Notes: a model not told the origin generated them from the sequence alone. 64,000 nt of DNA from Flavobacterium sp. (GCA_035515135.1 DATJBW010000013.1:114439-178438), one strand, 5' to 3'. Shown: positions 28,344 to 38,262, numbered from the stretch's first letter. Translations and numbers: made by a program.

Positions 28344-28985
28344 TCAGTCCAGTCTATTGATGTAATAATTTGGATATTTATTCTCAACAAAGATAAAGTG
28401 ATTTTCTGACAAAGCTTGGTTTGTCTTGAAAGAAATAATACTTAACTCTGAACGCGTACCGTCTTTGCTCACTTGTATAATTTGATAGATATTTTTGGTC
28501 AAGCTATCAATACCCAGAAGTATTTCTTTGGTTTCGCTTTTATGATCTGTCGGTACGAGTTTTACAAATTGTACTCTCTTGCCTGAGATCAACAGCAATT
28601 TATCCCAACTATAAGTATATCCTTTGGTATAGAAAGTCAATACTTTTGAAGGAGAAAATACATTGTCTTTTTTTGGGTTATACCGCTCAATGGTTATCTC
28701 TTCGTCTTCAGGAATGATGGTGTATTTTTTTGCTCCATCAAACATTTCAGTAGTTCCCAAGAAGTTTGACACATATTTATCACCCTTGATTATCACCTCG
28801 CCTCTACTGTCTTGCGAGATGTTTTCTTTAATGTTTTTAATGGTATATCTATATTCGATTGAAATGTTGTTATACGAACCCACTTTAGTAGAAACTTCAT
28901 CCAAAAGCTTTTTTGCTTTTTGAGCTTCTTGTGCGTAAGTAAGAGTTGAAATTAGAATAAGTAGAAAAGTGCTTATGAGTCGCAT
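28344..28985 (-). CDS. LolA-like outer-membrane lipoprotein carrier protein
   Basis: 213 aa with signal peptide MRLISTFLLILISTLTYAQ. Beta-rich, and located between ftsK and lptF/G as commonly seen in Bacteroidota. Confidence 0.65.
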   Translation of the reverse strand: MRLISTFLLILISTLTYAQEAQKAKKLLDEVSTKVGSYNNISIEYRYTIKNIKENISQDSRGEVIIKGDKYVSNFLGTTEMFDGAKKYTIIPEDEEITIERYNPKKDNVFSPSKVLTFYTKGYTYSWDKLLLISGKRVQFVKLVPTDHKSETKEILLGIDSLTKNIYQIIQVSKDGTRSELSIISFKTNQALSENHFIFVENKYPNYYINRLD

Positions 28986-28986
28986 T

Positions 28987-31452
28987 TTAGTGGGAGTTTT
29001 GCTCGTTGTTTAAAAATATTTCTAGAGCGGCCAAATCAGGTATAAGTACAGCTCTTGCTTTACTTCCTTCAAACTGACCTACAATCCCTGCTGCTTCTAG
29101 CTGATCGATCAGTCTTCCTGCTCGGTTGTATCCTAATTTTAATTTTCTTTGAATCAAAGAAGTAGAACCCTGCTGAGCCGTAATCACAACCTCTGCAGCG
29201 TCTTTAAACAAAGGATCTCTATCTGAAATATTATTATCAAGACTTATGCCACTTTCCTCACCTACGTATTCAGGCAATAGATAGGCATCTGAATAACCTT
29301 TTTGATTGCCGATAAACTCACAAATCTTCTCAACCTCTGGCGTATCCACAAAAGCACATTGCACTCTGGTCAGGTCATTTCCTTGAGTATATAGCATATC
29401 TCCTCTTCCGATAAGCTGGTCTGCACCTTGACTATCTAGGATGGTTCTTGAGTCAATCTTTGAAGTCACCCTAAAGGCGATTCTTGCCGGGAAGTTAGCT
29501 TTGATAATACCTGTAATAACGTTGACCGATGGTCGTTGCGTGGCGATAATTAGGTGAATGCCAATGGCGCGCGCAAGCTGTGCCAATCGGGCAATAGGCG
29601 TTTCCACCTCTTTTCCGGCAGTCATAATCAAATCTGCAAACTCATCCACCACAAGCACTATGTAAGGCAAGAAGCGATGTCCGAGCTCAGGATTTAAAGA
29701 GCGGTTTTTGAACTTTACGTTGTATTCTTTGATGTTTCGTACCGATGCGTCTTTGAGCAATTCATAACGGTTATCCATCTCAATACAAAGTGAATTTAGC
29801 GTGTGAATTACCTTGGTGTTGTCTGTTATAATCGCCTCTCCAGAATCAGGGAGTTTGGCGAGATAATGTCTTTCGATTTTATTAAAAAGTGTCAACTCTA
29901 CTTTTTTCGGATCGACTAAAACAAACTTCACTTCAGCGGGGTGTTTTTTGTATAACAAAGAAGTTAACACCGCGTTTAGTCCCACTGATTTACCTTGTCC
30001 TGTAGCTCCTGCCATAAGCATATGCGGCATCTTGGCCAAGTCAACCACAAAGGTTTCATTAGAAATGGTTTTTCCTAAAGCTATCGGGAGTTCCATCTCT
30101 GCATTTTGAAATTTAGCTGAGCTAATCACTGAGCGCATCGGCACAATTGCCGGGTTCTGGTTTGGCACCTCAATACCAATGGTGCCTTTTCCGGGAATTG
30201 GTGCAATAATACGAATGCCCAGTGCCGAAAGAGATAGGGCGATATCGTCTTCTAAGTTTTTGATTTTTGAAATACGCACCCCTGCTTCTGGAACAATTTC
30301 ATACAGCGTCACCGTAGGTCCTACAGTTGCTTTGATCTGTGCAATCTCAATCTTGTAGTTCTTAAGTGTATCTACAATTCTATTTTTATTGGCTTCTAAC
30401 TCTTCTTGATTGATAGTAATACCGCTTGTCTTGTAGTCTTTCAACAAGTCAATAGTAGGAAACTGGTATTTAGAAAGATCTAAAGTTGGGTCAAATTCAC
30501 CAAAGTCTTCCACGAGTTTTCTTGCAGCATTTACCTCAATGGTATCTTCCTCAAACATCTCAACCACAAAGTCATCGGTGCTTTCTATGGTTGACACAGG
30601 CTTTTCAACTTCTTTTACTTTTGGGGGAATTTCAGTAGACAACTGAATGGTTGATGGGTTAGAAATGGTAGGTGCATCTTCATCAATCTTCTGCTGCTTG
30701 GGTTCAGCTACGGTTTTAAGCGTGAGTTCGCCGAAGTCTTCATCTTCGCGCTCAATAGGCTTAGGATTAAGGTCAGAAACTTCTGAAGAATGTATAGCTT
30801 GCGCCTTTAATTCAGCTTCCTTTTGTTGATCTACGGCTTGTTGCATATCTTCAGAAACCTCCTTTTTATGTTTTTTGACAAAGGCTCTTATGGCGTCTGG
30901 AGAAATTCTTATTTTGAAAATAAGATAAATGACAATACCCAACACCAATACAAGTATAGTACCCGCTTTACCGATAAAGTCTTGTAAGTATGCATTGATT
31001 TCAAACCCGACAACACCTCCTAGCTCAGGTAGTTGCTCATGAAAAAATCCGAGTAAAACAGAAAGCACTACAATAGCAAACAAATCCCAAAACCAAGTCT
31101 TCTTGAGCTTTGAAATGCTTAAATCTAAAATTAAATAAGTACCTGTGATAAAAAACAAGCGCACAAACAAGAAAGAAGCAGCTCCAAAACCTTGGTAAAG
31201 AAATAAATTCCCTAAAAAGGCACCAAATTTACCCAACCAATTATTGGCTTTTTCGCTTCTATCTACAAAATCTGAAAGTGTACTTTGATCTGCCGCTCCG
31301 TATATATAATAAGACGCGAAGCTCAGAAGCAGCGCGACTGAAAACAACACGAAGATAGCGCCCACAAACATCTTGTTTCTAGGATTCCAAAACGGCTTCT
31401 TTTCTATCTGATTTCCAGGTGATTTAGTTTCTTTTTTGACTTTTTTTGCCAT
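28987..31452 (-). CDS. ftsK: DNA translocase FtsK/SpoIIIE
   Basis: 821 aa with N-terminal TM helices, a linker, a motor domain with Walker A GATGQGKS, and a C-terminal gamma-domain-like winged helix (LIQRKLKLGYNRAGRLIDQLE). Confidence 0.95.
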   Translation of the reverse strand: MAKKVKKETKSPGNQIEKKPFWNPRNKMFVGAIFVLFSVALLLSFASYYIYGAADQSTLSDFVDRSEKANNWLGKFGAFLGNLFLYQGFGAASFLFVRLFFITGTYLILDLSISKLKKTWFWDLFAIVVLSVLLGFFHEQLPELGGVVGFEINAYLQDFIGKAGTILVLVLGIVIYLIFKIRISPDAIRAFVKKHKKEVSEDMQQAVDQQKEAELKAQAIHSSEVSDLNPKPIEREDEDFGELTLKTVAEPKQQKIDEDAPTISNPSTIQLSTEIPPKVKEVEKPVSTIESTDDFVVEMFEEDTIEVNAARKLVEDFGEFDPTLDLSKYQFPTIDLLKDYKTSGITINQEELEANKNRIVDTLKNYKIEIAQIKATVGPTVTLYEIVPEAGVRISKIKNLEDDIALSLSALGIRIIAPIPGKGTIGIEVPNQNPAIVPMRSVISSAKFQNAEMELPIALGKTISNETFVVDLAKMPHMLMAGATGQGKSVGLNAVLTSLLYKKHPAEVKFVLVDPKKVELTLFNKIERHYLAKLPDSGEAIITDNTKVIHTLNSLCIEMDNRYELLKDASVRNIKEYNVKFKNRSLNPELGHRFLPYIVLVVDEFADLIMTAGKEVETPIARLAQLARAIGIHLIIATQRPSVNVITGIIKANFPARIAFRVTSKIDSRTILDSQGADQLIGRGDMLYTQGNDLTRVQCAFVDTPEVEKICEFIGNQKGYSDAYLLPEYVGEESGISLDNNISDRDPLFKDAAEVVITAQQGSTSLIQRKLKLGYNRAGRLIDQLEAAGIVGQFEGSKARAVLIPDLAALEIFLNNEQNSH

Positions 31453-31535
31453 CTAAATTTAATTTAAGCAAAAATAGGAATTTTATTCAGGATTTCAGAG
31501 ATAGGTTTGTTAAGACCTCGCTTCTAGCAATAATA

Positions 31536-31913
31536 TTACAGTATTGCCTTGAAATAAGGCACATAAATAATTGCTCCAACAGTAAAAGCCGTTAGTGCTG
31601 CAAAAGTTACGGCACCAGCTGCAATATCTTTAATAAAGCCTATTCTAGTGTGAAATTCTGGATGGATGAAATCGGCAATTTTTTCAACAGCTGTATTGAT
31701 TCCTTCTGTTGACAGAACCATACCGATAGCCATCGTCTGGAACATCCACTCTGTTTTAGTGATATCAAAAACGAAACCTAGAATGGTGATAAGTATCCCT
31801 ACTGAGAACTGAACCATGACGCTGTGTTCAGTGGTAATTAGTTTATAAGCACCTACTACGGCATATTTTACACTTTTAATTCTGCCCGTAACAAACGAAT
31901 TGTCTTTTTTCAT
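31536..31913 (-). CDS. dgkA: diacylglycerol kinase (DgkA family, integral membrane)
   Basis: 125 aa with three TM helices and an E..N.A.E motif (STEGINTAVEKIAD). Confidence 0.8.
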   Translation of the reverse strand: MKKDNSFVTGRIKSVKYAVVGAYKLITTEHSVMVQFSVGILITILGFVFDITKTEWMFQTMAIGMVLSTEGINTAVEKIADFIHPEFHTRIGFIKDIAAGAVTFAALTAFTVGAIIYVPYFKAIL

Positions 31914-31937
31914 TATTTTTAAATTGTATATTATTTT

Positions 31938-32435
31938 TTATAAAACTGCTAATGCTTTTTCGTAGTTGGGTTCGTCTGCAATTTCACCAATTTGTTCAGT
32001 ATAAATCACTTTTCCGTTCTCATCAATCACAACTATAGCTCTTGAGTGCAATCCTTTGAGCGGTCCGTCAGCAATTGTCAATCCGTAATCACGACCGAAG
32101 TTTCCGCTGTCAAAATCTGATAAAGTGATCACATTATCTAAGTTTTCAGCTCCACAAAAACGAGCTTGCGCAAAGGGCAAATCTCTAGAAATACACAAGA
32201 CTTTTGTATTGTCTAAAGCAGCTGCTTTCTGGTTAAAAGCTCTAACTGACGCAGCACAAGTGGGCGTATCTATACTCGGGAATATATTCAAAACCAACCT
32301 GTTGCCTTTAAAATCGGCACTACTTGCCGGTGATAAATCAGTTTTTATCAATGAAAAATCAGGTGCTTGAGTTCCGGTTTTGGGCAGGTTGCCTATTGTA
32401 TGAAAAGGATTGCCTTTAAGGGTTATTGATGCCAT
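31938..32435 (-). CDS. tpx: thiol peroxidase (atypical 2-Cys peroxiredoxin)
   Basis: 165 aa with SIDTPTCA (peroxidatic Cys) and ARFCGAE (resolving Cys). Confidence 0.9.
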   Translation of the reverse strand: MASITLKGNPFHTIGNLPKTGTQAPDFSLIKTDLSPASSADFKGNRLVLNIFPSIDTPTCAASVRAFNQKAAALDNTKVLCISRDLPFAQARFCGAENLDNVITLSDFDSGNFGRDYGLTIADGPLKGLHSRAIVVIDENGKVIYTEQIGEIADEPNYEKALAVL

Positions 32436-32567
32436 AAGCTAATAAAATAATATTCTAATATTTAAAGGTCTAAAATTACACTTTATTTTGAATTAGCGGT
32501 TAAATATTAGCCAAATAAATTTTAAAATCAGCACAAATTTTTACCTTTACCTTTTAAATTTTCACAT

Positions 32568-33497
32568 ATGACACAGGCTTTGACTATGATTTGGAATCCC
32601 TCAGAAGGAATCGATTTAGGTTTTTTTATGATTAGGTATTATAGCCTAATGTGGGTAGTTGCCTTTGCTTTAGGTTTTTATGTGATGAAAAAAATATTTA
32701 TCCGCGAGGGAGAATCGCTTGATAAATTAGACTCACTCTTCTTTTATACCATAATCGCCACCATGTTTGGCGCAAGATTAGGGCACGTAATTTTCTATCA
32801 ATCAGAGTTATTTAGAGAAGACTTCTTGAGTGTCTTCTTGCCTATACGCACTAATCCGGAGTTTGAGTTTACTGGTTTCTCAGGGCTCGCTAGCCACGGA
32901 GCGGCAATAGGAATTATCATTGCCATGTTTTATTACAGCAGAAATATCATTAAGAAACCTATACTTTGGGTGCTGGATCGAGTAGTGCTTTCAGTGAGTT
33001 TAGGCGCGATTTTTATCCGAATCGGAAACTTTATAAATTCCGAGATTTTAGGTAGAGCAACAACATCTCCGCTCGGAATAAAATTCATCCAAGATGAATA
33101 CAGTCATTATCAAATCACGCAAGAGACAGGAATAGCAAACTATAAACAAGCCTATAGCGCTGCGATTAACAATCCTGAATTTGCCCCACTAATAGATAGC
33201 ATTAGCCCAAAACACCCCGTGCAACTCTATGAAGCATTGGGCTATGTAATGGTATTCGCCATACTTTTTTATCTATACTGGAAAACCAATGCAAGACTCA
33301 AACAAGGCTATCTCTTTGGGGTATTTATGATTTTACTGTGGTCAATACGATTCTTTGCAGAATTCATCAAAGAAAGTCAAGGCGGATTTGAAGGTGCTGA
33401 CCCGCTGCTATCAACAGGTCAATGGCTTAGTATTCCGTTTATTATTCTAGGATTCTATTTGATCAAGAGAAGTAAGGAAGTAAAATCAGCTTCTTAA
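32568..33497 (+). CDS. lgt: prolipoprotein diacylglyceryl transferase
   Basis: 309 aa, polytopic; RYY.L....A...G, GARLGHV and G.IFIR.GNF.N.E motifs. Confidence 0.9.
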   Translation: MTQALTMIWNPSEGIDLGFFMIRYYSLMWVVAFALGFYVMKKIFIREGESLDKLDSLFFYTIIATMFGARLGHVIFYQSELFREDFLSVFLPIRTNPEFEFTGFSGLASHGAAIGIIIAMFYYSRNIIKKPILWVLDRVVLSVSLGAIFIRIGNFINSEILGRATTSPLGIKFIQDEYSHYQITQETGIANYKQAYSAAINNPEFAPLIDSISPKHPVQLYEALGYVMVFAILFYLYWKTNARLKQGYLFGVFMILLWSIRFFAEFIKESQGGFEGADPLLSTGQWLSIPFIILGFYLIKRSKEVKSAS

Positions 33498-33817
33498 GAA
33501 ACTGATTTTAACCCAATAATAGAAGCGATAAGCGTTGAGATAAAAAACACTCTCCAGAAAGTTATGGGTTCTTTAAATATAAATATCCCCACCAATACTG
33601 TCCCCACAGCTCCGATGCCTGTCCATACTGCATAAGCCGTCCCGATAGGCAGAACCTGTGTCGCTTTGTATAACAGAAACATACTCACGGTCAAAAAACC
33701 TAAGAAGCCGCCCAACCAATAGGTAGCCTCTGCTCCAGAACTCTCGTTTGCCTTGCCCAAACAAGCTGCAAATGCCACTTCACATAAACCGGCAATAACC
33801 AAATAAATCCAAGCCAT
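33494..33817 (-). CDS. sugE: SMR family small multidrug-resistance protein (SugE-like)
   Basis: 107 aa with four TM helices and MAWIYLVIAGLCEV containing the conserved membrane Glu. Confidence 0.85.
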   Translation of the reverse strand: MAWIYLVIAGLCEVAFAACLGKANESSGAEATYWLGGFLGFLTVSMFLLYKATQVLPIGTAYAVWTGIGAVGTVLVGIFIFKEPITFWRVFFISTLIASIIGLKSVS

Positions 33818-33835
33818 TATTTTGTAGTTTTCTTT

Positions 33836-36127
33836 TTAGAATCCAAACTCATCGGTATTGGTATCAATGCTCAGAGAATCTCTTGAAGACCTATAGCAAT
33901 CTACCCAGTCACTGAGGTTCTCTGGTTTTTCAAACTCCTTTTTAGAGACATCTAGCGTCTGGTCAGCATAACATTTCTTCATGTAAATCGCCCAAATAGG
34001 TAGTGCCATCGTAGCTCCTTGTCCGTAAGTTATCCCTCTGAAATGGGCTGCTCTGTCTTCGTTACCTACCCAAACCCCCGTTACTAAGTTAGGTACCATA
34101 CCCATAAACCAACCGTCTGATTGATTTTGAGTCGTTCCGGTTTTACCTGCAATTGCATTGGTGAAAGCCCATGGGTGTCCGGTTACTCTTTTATAGGCAG
34201 GTCCCCCTGAACCGGTGGTTTTGAGTCGGGCACCACTACCTCCACTCGTAACGCCTTCAAGCAGTTTTATAGCGGCATAAGACACATCTTTGCTGAGTAC
34301 GTCTTTGGGTTCTGGTCTGTTCTCAAAAAGAACTTTCCCGTTCTTGTCTTCTATTCTCAGAATAGCTTGCGGTTTTATATATACCCCTTGATTGGCAAAC
34401 GTACTATAGGCCGCAACCATATCGTGAACGGTGATTTCAACTGCTCCTAAAGAGATAGAAACCTGTTCAGGAATTTCTGCGCTCACACCCAGCTTATGCG
34501 TCATATCAATCACAGCTCTAGGCCCTACCATATCCATAAGTTTGGCAGAAACGGTATTTATCGAATTCGCCAATGCTCTTTCTAGCGTGGTCATCCCGAT
34601 GTGTTTGTTAGAGGCGTTTTTTGGCGACCAATCTGCAGAGACGCCCCATTTTCCTCTTGGTATAGTAAAAGGTGCATCGAGTATGCTATCGCAGGGTGAT
34701 TTATGAAGTTGTTCCATCGCCGTTACATAAACAAAGGGTTTAAAGGTAGAACCCACTTGTCTAGCTCCTTGCTTGGCATGGTCGTATTTGAAGTATTTGT
34801 GATTGATTCCTCCTACCCAAGTTTTGATATGTCCTGTTTGCGGCTCTACAGAAATCATTCCTGTGCGCAAGAAATGCTTGTAGTACCTGATTGAATCAAT
34901 AGGTGTCATCAGTGTATCTTTGTCTCCCTTCCAAGTAAATAAGGTCATTTCTGTTTTGACGTTAAATGACTTTTTGATGTCTTCTTCTGATTTCCCTTGG
35001 GCTTTCATTAGCCTCCAACGCTCGGAGTCTTTCATAGCTCTGAGTAATATCCTATCGGTCTGTTCGTCAGATAGGTCTACAAAAGGAGCATTTTTACGGT
35101 CTTTGAATTGATTGAAAAACTCTTCCTGCAAGTTTGACAAATGCGCCTCTACCGCCTCTTCTGCATAAAACTGCATTCTGGAGTCTATAGTGGTATAAAT
35201 CTTCAGTCCATCTCTATACATGTTGTGATGGCTGCCGTCTGGTTTTGGGTTGTCTTTGATCCAACCGCGCATATACTCTCTAAGGTACTCTCTAAAATAA
35301 GTAGCGATACCTTCGTTATGTGATTCAGGTGAATATCTTAGTGTTAGAGGTAATTCTTGAAGTGAATCTCTTTCCGCTTTAGACACAAAGTCATTCTTCT
35401 GCATTTGACTCAGCACCGTGTTTCTGCGATTAGTGACTAGCTCTAGTCTTCTTCTGGGGTTGAATAGCGAAGGGTTTTTAAGCATCCCCACAAGTACGGC
35501 ACATTCTTCTTTAGCTAATTCTTTAGGTTCTTTTGAGAAATAGATTCGCGAAGCAGAACGGATACCCGCAGCATTATTGACAAAATCAACTTTATTGAAA
35601 TACATGGCAATAATCTCTTCTTTAGTGTATTGTTTTTCTAGGCGTACGGCTATAATCCACTCTTTGAATTTCTGGAGCATACGCTCAGAAATATTTTTAG
35701 AACCCTCTTCGTGAAAAAGCAACTTTGCCAATTGCTGGCTAATGGTACTTGCTCCTCCTTTGCCTCCTAGAAACACTGCGGCTCTGATGGTTCCTCTTGC
35801 ATCAATACCTGAGTGGTTATAAAAACGCTCGTCTTCAGTGGCGACAAGTGCATTCACAAGATCCTGCGGCAAGTCTTCATAGCGAATAGGCGATCTGTTT
35901 TCGTCTAGGTATAATTTACCTATGGTCTTGCCATCGGCAGAGATGATCTCTGACGCTAAGTTAGACGAGGGATTCTCTAACTCTTCAAACGAAGGCATCT
36001 CACCAAAAGCACCCACAGATGCCAGCAAGAAAATCAACACAATAGTGGTGAGCACTCCCGCAAAGGAAAGCCAAAACCACTTTAAGTATTTTGAGAAATT
36101 AGGGGCAGTTTTTTGTTTTTTAGCCAT
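33836..36127 (-). CDS. class A penicillin-binding protein 1A (glycosyltransferase + transpeptidase)
   Basis: GT51 motifs (ATEDERFYNHSGID, GGASTISQQLAK) and transpeptidase motifs (STFKP, SINT, KTGTT). Confidence 0.95.
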   Translation of the reverse strand: MAKKQKTAPNFSKYLKWFWLSFAGVLTTIVLIFLLASVGAFGEMPSFEELENPSSNLASEIISADGKTIGKLYLDENRSPIRYEDLPQDLVNALVATEDERFYNHSGIDARGTIRAAVFLGGKGGASTISQQLAKLLFHEEGSKNISERMLQKFKEWIIAVRLEKQYTKEEIIAMYFNKVDFVNNAAGIRSASRIYFSKEPKELAKEECAVLVGMLKNPSLFNPRRRLELVTNRRNTVLSQMQKNDFVSKAERDSLQELPLTLRYSPESHNEGIATYFREYLREYMRGWIKDNPKPDGSHHNMYRDGLKIYTTIDSRMQFYAEEAVEAHLSNLQEEFFNQFKDRKNAPFVDLSDEQTDRILLRAMKDSERWRLMKAQGKSEEDIKKSFNVKTEMTLFTWKGDKDTLMTPIDSIRYYKHFLRTGMISVEPQTGHIKTWVGGINHKYFKYDHAKQGARQVGSTFKPFVYVTAMEQLHKSPCDSILDAPFTIPRGKWGVSADWSPKNASNKHIGMTTLERALANSINTVSAKLMDMVGPRAVIDMTHKLGVSAEIPEQVSISLGAVEITVHDMVAAYSTFANQGVYIKPQAILRIEDKNGKVLFENRPEPKDVLSKDVSYAAIKLLEGVTSGGSGARLKTTGSGGPAYKRVTGHPWAFTNAIAGKTGTTQNQSDGWFMGMVPNLVTGVWVGNEDRAAHFRGITYGQGATMALPIWAIYMKKCYADQTLDVSKKEFEKPENLSDWVDCYRSSRDSLSIDTNTDEFGF

Positions 36128-36130
36128 GTC

Positions 36131-36619
36131 TTAGTTTGCCTTTTCAATTCTAAATCCAACATCCAAAACACCTTCAAGCTCCTCTACACCTTCAATCTTA
36201 CCTCTTGCTCGTTGGGCTTGTTCTATTTTTATGTTATGCGTGCCAAGCTGCGTAAAACGATAGTTTTCCTTATACCACAACTTGCTTTCTTTGATGTCTG
36301 AAAAGCCGTTCCCGAGCATTCTTCCGTCAGGAGCAGCCATACTATATTCTAACGTATCGACTTTAATCGTATTGTCTGGACTCTCGATAGAGGCGATCAA
36401 GAAGATATTGCTAAACGGATAATCGTTATTGGCTCTTAAGTTCAAAAACATATTGTAGTTCGCAAGCGTATCCTTGGCTTCAAACTCAAAACTGACCACA
36501 TTGTCTTTGTGCCAAGACTTGCCAACTGAAGTATAGGAATCAAAAACCTGCTTGCTGTCACAAGATGTAAAAACAAACAAAAGTACTGAAAAAAAGGAAA
36601 ATTTAAGACTAGTCTTCAT
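36131..36619 (-). CDS. gldH: gliding motility lipoprotein GldH
   Basis: Lipoprotein signal MKTSLKFSFFSVLLFVFTSCD; about 160 aa; sits between the PSP1-domain gene and PBP1A, the arrangement I recall for gldH in flavobacteria. The ORF-track start (36772) lies inside the upstream gene and was rejected. Confidence 0.7.
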   Translation of the reverse strand: MKTSLKFSFFSVLLFVFTSCDSKQVFDSYTSVGKSWHKDNVVSFEFEAKDTLANYNMFLNLRANNDYPFSNIFLIASIESPDNTIKVDTLEYSMAAPDGRMLGNGFSDIKESKLWYKENYRFTQLGTHNIKIEQAQRARGKIEGVEELEGVLDVGFRIEKAN

Positions 36620-37850
36620 TCTTTCTGGGTTGGTTTTTACGTGGCCTATTCTTGTTGGTATTAGCAGTGTTAGTAGGCTTAACAGGGTTATTAGGTTTAG
36701 CGCTGGTCTTAACACTCGTCTTGTTTCTATTTGGTTTTTTCCTGTTATTTCTATTGTTTTTCGGAGTGTCAAACCTAGTAAGACTCTCTTTGCCGACCAT
36801 GTCTTTGAGTTCTTTTTCGCTATGGTCTACGATCTCTTCTGCGTAGTCTTCTAACGAAGCAGCCTTGCTCCCCTTTTTATTCATCTCAACGATCTCTCTC
36901 ACCTTTTGGGTTGAAAGCACGTGCCAATGCGCAACATTCTCTTTATAGGCAAACCACATTACTTCCTTAAATATATCTATTTTCTGACAAAGCGCATCGC
37001 CTTTTTCAGTCTTCAGCAACGTGTCTGTATTGGGAAAATTCTTCAGTGCATCGATATAGGTATCGAGCTCATAGTTGAGACAACACTTCAATTTTCCGCA
37101 CTGTCCTGCTAGTTTTTGAGGATTTAAACTCAGTTGCTGGTACCTAGCAGCCGATGTGTTTACACTTCTAAAATCAGTGAGCCATGTAGAACAACAGAGT
37201 TCTCTGCCGCAAGAGCCGATCCCTCCTAAACGAGAAGCTTCTTGACGGAAACCGATTTGCTTCATCTCAATTTTAGTTCTAAACTCCTGCGCAAAATCTT
37301 TGATCAGCTGACGGAAATCGACTCTTTCGCTAGCGGTATAATAGAAGATTACCTTAGAACCATCGCCTTGAAACTCAACGTCAGAGATCTTCATCTCTAA
37401 CTTCAAATACATCGCCATTTCTCTGGCTCTTACTTGAATTCTATCTTCTTTCAGACGGTATTCTGTCCAGACATCGATATCTTTTTGGTTGGCTTTGCGA
37501 TAGACTTTAGGCAGCTGGTCTTTGGGGCCGGCACCTTTTTTCTTCATTTGTGTTTTCACCAATTCACCCGTAAGGGTAATCACTCCTATATCATGACCTG
37601 AAGATGCCTCTGTTGCGATGACATCACCTATGTTTAGCGAAATATTATCCGCATTTCTGAAAAATTCTTTGCGTGAATTCTTAAACCTAACTTCAACTAC
37701 ATCAAACTTAGGTTCAGTTACTATTGACATATTTGACAACCAGTCAAATACCGTCAGTTTATTACAAGAGTCTGTCCCGCAGCTCCCGTGGCTCTGACAT
37801 CCCTTTGGAGGATTAGTGCCGTTATCGGTTGAACAACCTGTACATGCCAT
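36609..37850 (-). CDS. PSP1 domain protein (RicT/YaaT-like) with an N-terminal Cys cluster and a basic Asn/Lys/Pro/Arg-rich tail
   Basis: 413 aa. The central region has Cys-rich GGIGSCGRELCCSTWL and GQCGKLKCCLNYE, typical of PSP1/YaaT. The N-terminus is MACTGCSTDNG..GCQSHGSCGTDSC and the C-terminal ~55 aa are low complexity. Confidence 0.8.
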   Translation of the reverse strand: MACTGCSTDNGTNPPKGCQSHGSCGTDSCNKLTVFDWLSNMSIVTEPKFDVVEVRFKNSRKEFFRNADNISLNIGDVIATEASSGHDIGVITLTGELVKTQMKKKGAGPKDQLPKVYRKANQKDIDVWTEYRLKEDRIQVRAREMAMYLKLEMKISDVEFQGDGSKVIFYYTASERVDFRQLIKDFAQEFRTKIEMKQIGFRQEASRLGGIGSCGRELCCSTWLTDFRSVNTSAARYQQLSLNPQKLAGQCGKLKCCLNYELDTYIDALKNFPNTDTLLKTEKGDALCQKIDIFKEVMWFAYKENVAHWHVLSTQKVREIVEMNKKGSKAASLEDYAEEIVDHSEKELKDMVGKESLTRFDTPKNNRNNRKKPNRNKTSVKTSAKPNNPVKPTNTANTNKNRPRKNQPRKNED

Positions 37851-38021
37851 ATCTTAGCTTTCTTTTTATATATAATCTGGAAGTGAATCCAGATGTAGAA
37901 ATTCATAATTGATTAACACACAAAGATAGTATTTTTTGACAAACGCTTGGTTTATGCAATGCGTTAAATTTAAAGCCTAAAATATTTTTTGAAAACCCCT
38001 TGGAAGTTCTGAGAAATATAT

Positions 38022-38029
38022 TACATTTG
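38022..38029 (+). promoter_or_regulatory. -7 promoter box (TACATTTG) for the tRNA-Gly/tRNA-Leu unit
   Basis: TAnnTTTG match 46 nt upstream of tRNA-Gly. A TTG at 38000-38002 lies 19 bp upstream (-33-like). Confidence 0.5.
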
Positions 38030-38075
38030 CAGACCGAAAACATAATCAAAGTCTCTTTGTGTTGTTTATGGAAAT

Positions 38076-38148
38076 GCGAAAATAGCTCAGCTGGTAGAGC
38101 GCAACCTTGCCAAGGTTGAGGTCGCGGGTTCGAGCCCCGTTTTTCGCT
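38076..38148 (+). tRNA. tRNA-Gly (anticodon GCC)
   Basis: The cloverleaf can be read directly. Acceptor GCGAAAA/TTTTCGC; D arm GCTC-AGCTGGTA-GAGC; anticodon stem CAACC/GGTTG with loop TTGCCAA; T arm GCGGG-TTCGAGC-CCCGT. Confidence 0.9.
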
Positions 38149-38173
38149 CTGAAATTTTGGGAAGTCTTTCCAA

Positions 38174-38259
38174 GCTCGAGTGGTGGAATTGGTAGACACG
38201 CAGGACTTAAAATCCTGTAAGCAGTAATGCTTGTGCGGGTTCAATTCCCGCCTCGAGTA
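38174..38259 (+). tRNA. tRNA-Leu (anticodon TAA), long variable arm
   Basis: Acceptor GCTCGAG/CTCGAGT (G1:U72); GGTGGAATTGGTAGACAC D region; anticodon stem CAGGA/TCCTG with loop CTTAAAA; variable arm about 16 nt; T arm GCGGG-TTCAATT-CCCGC. Confidence 0.9.
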
Positions 38260-38262
38260 CAA

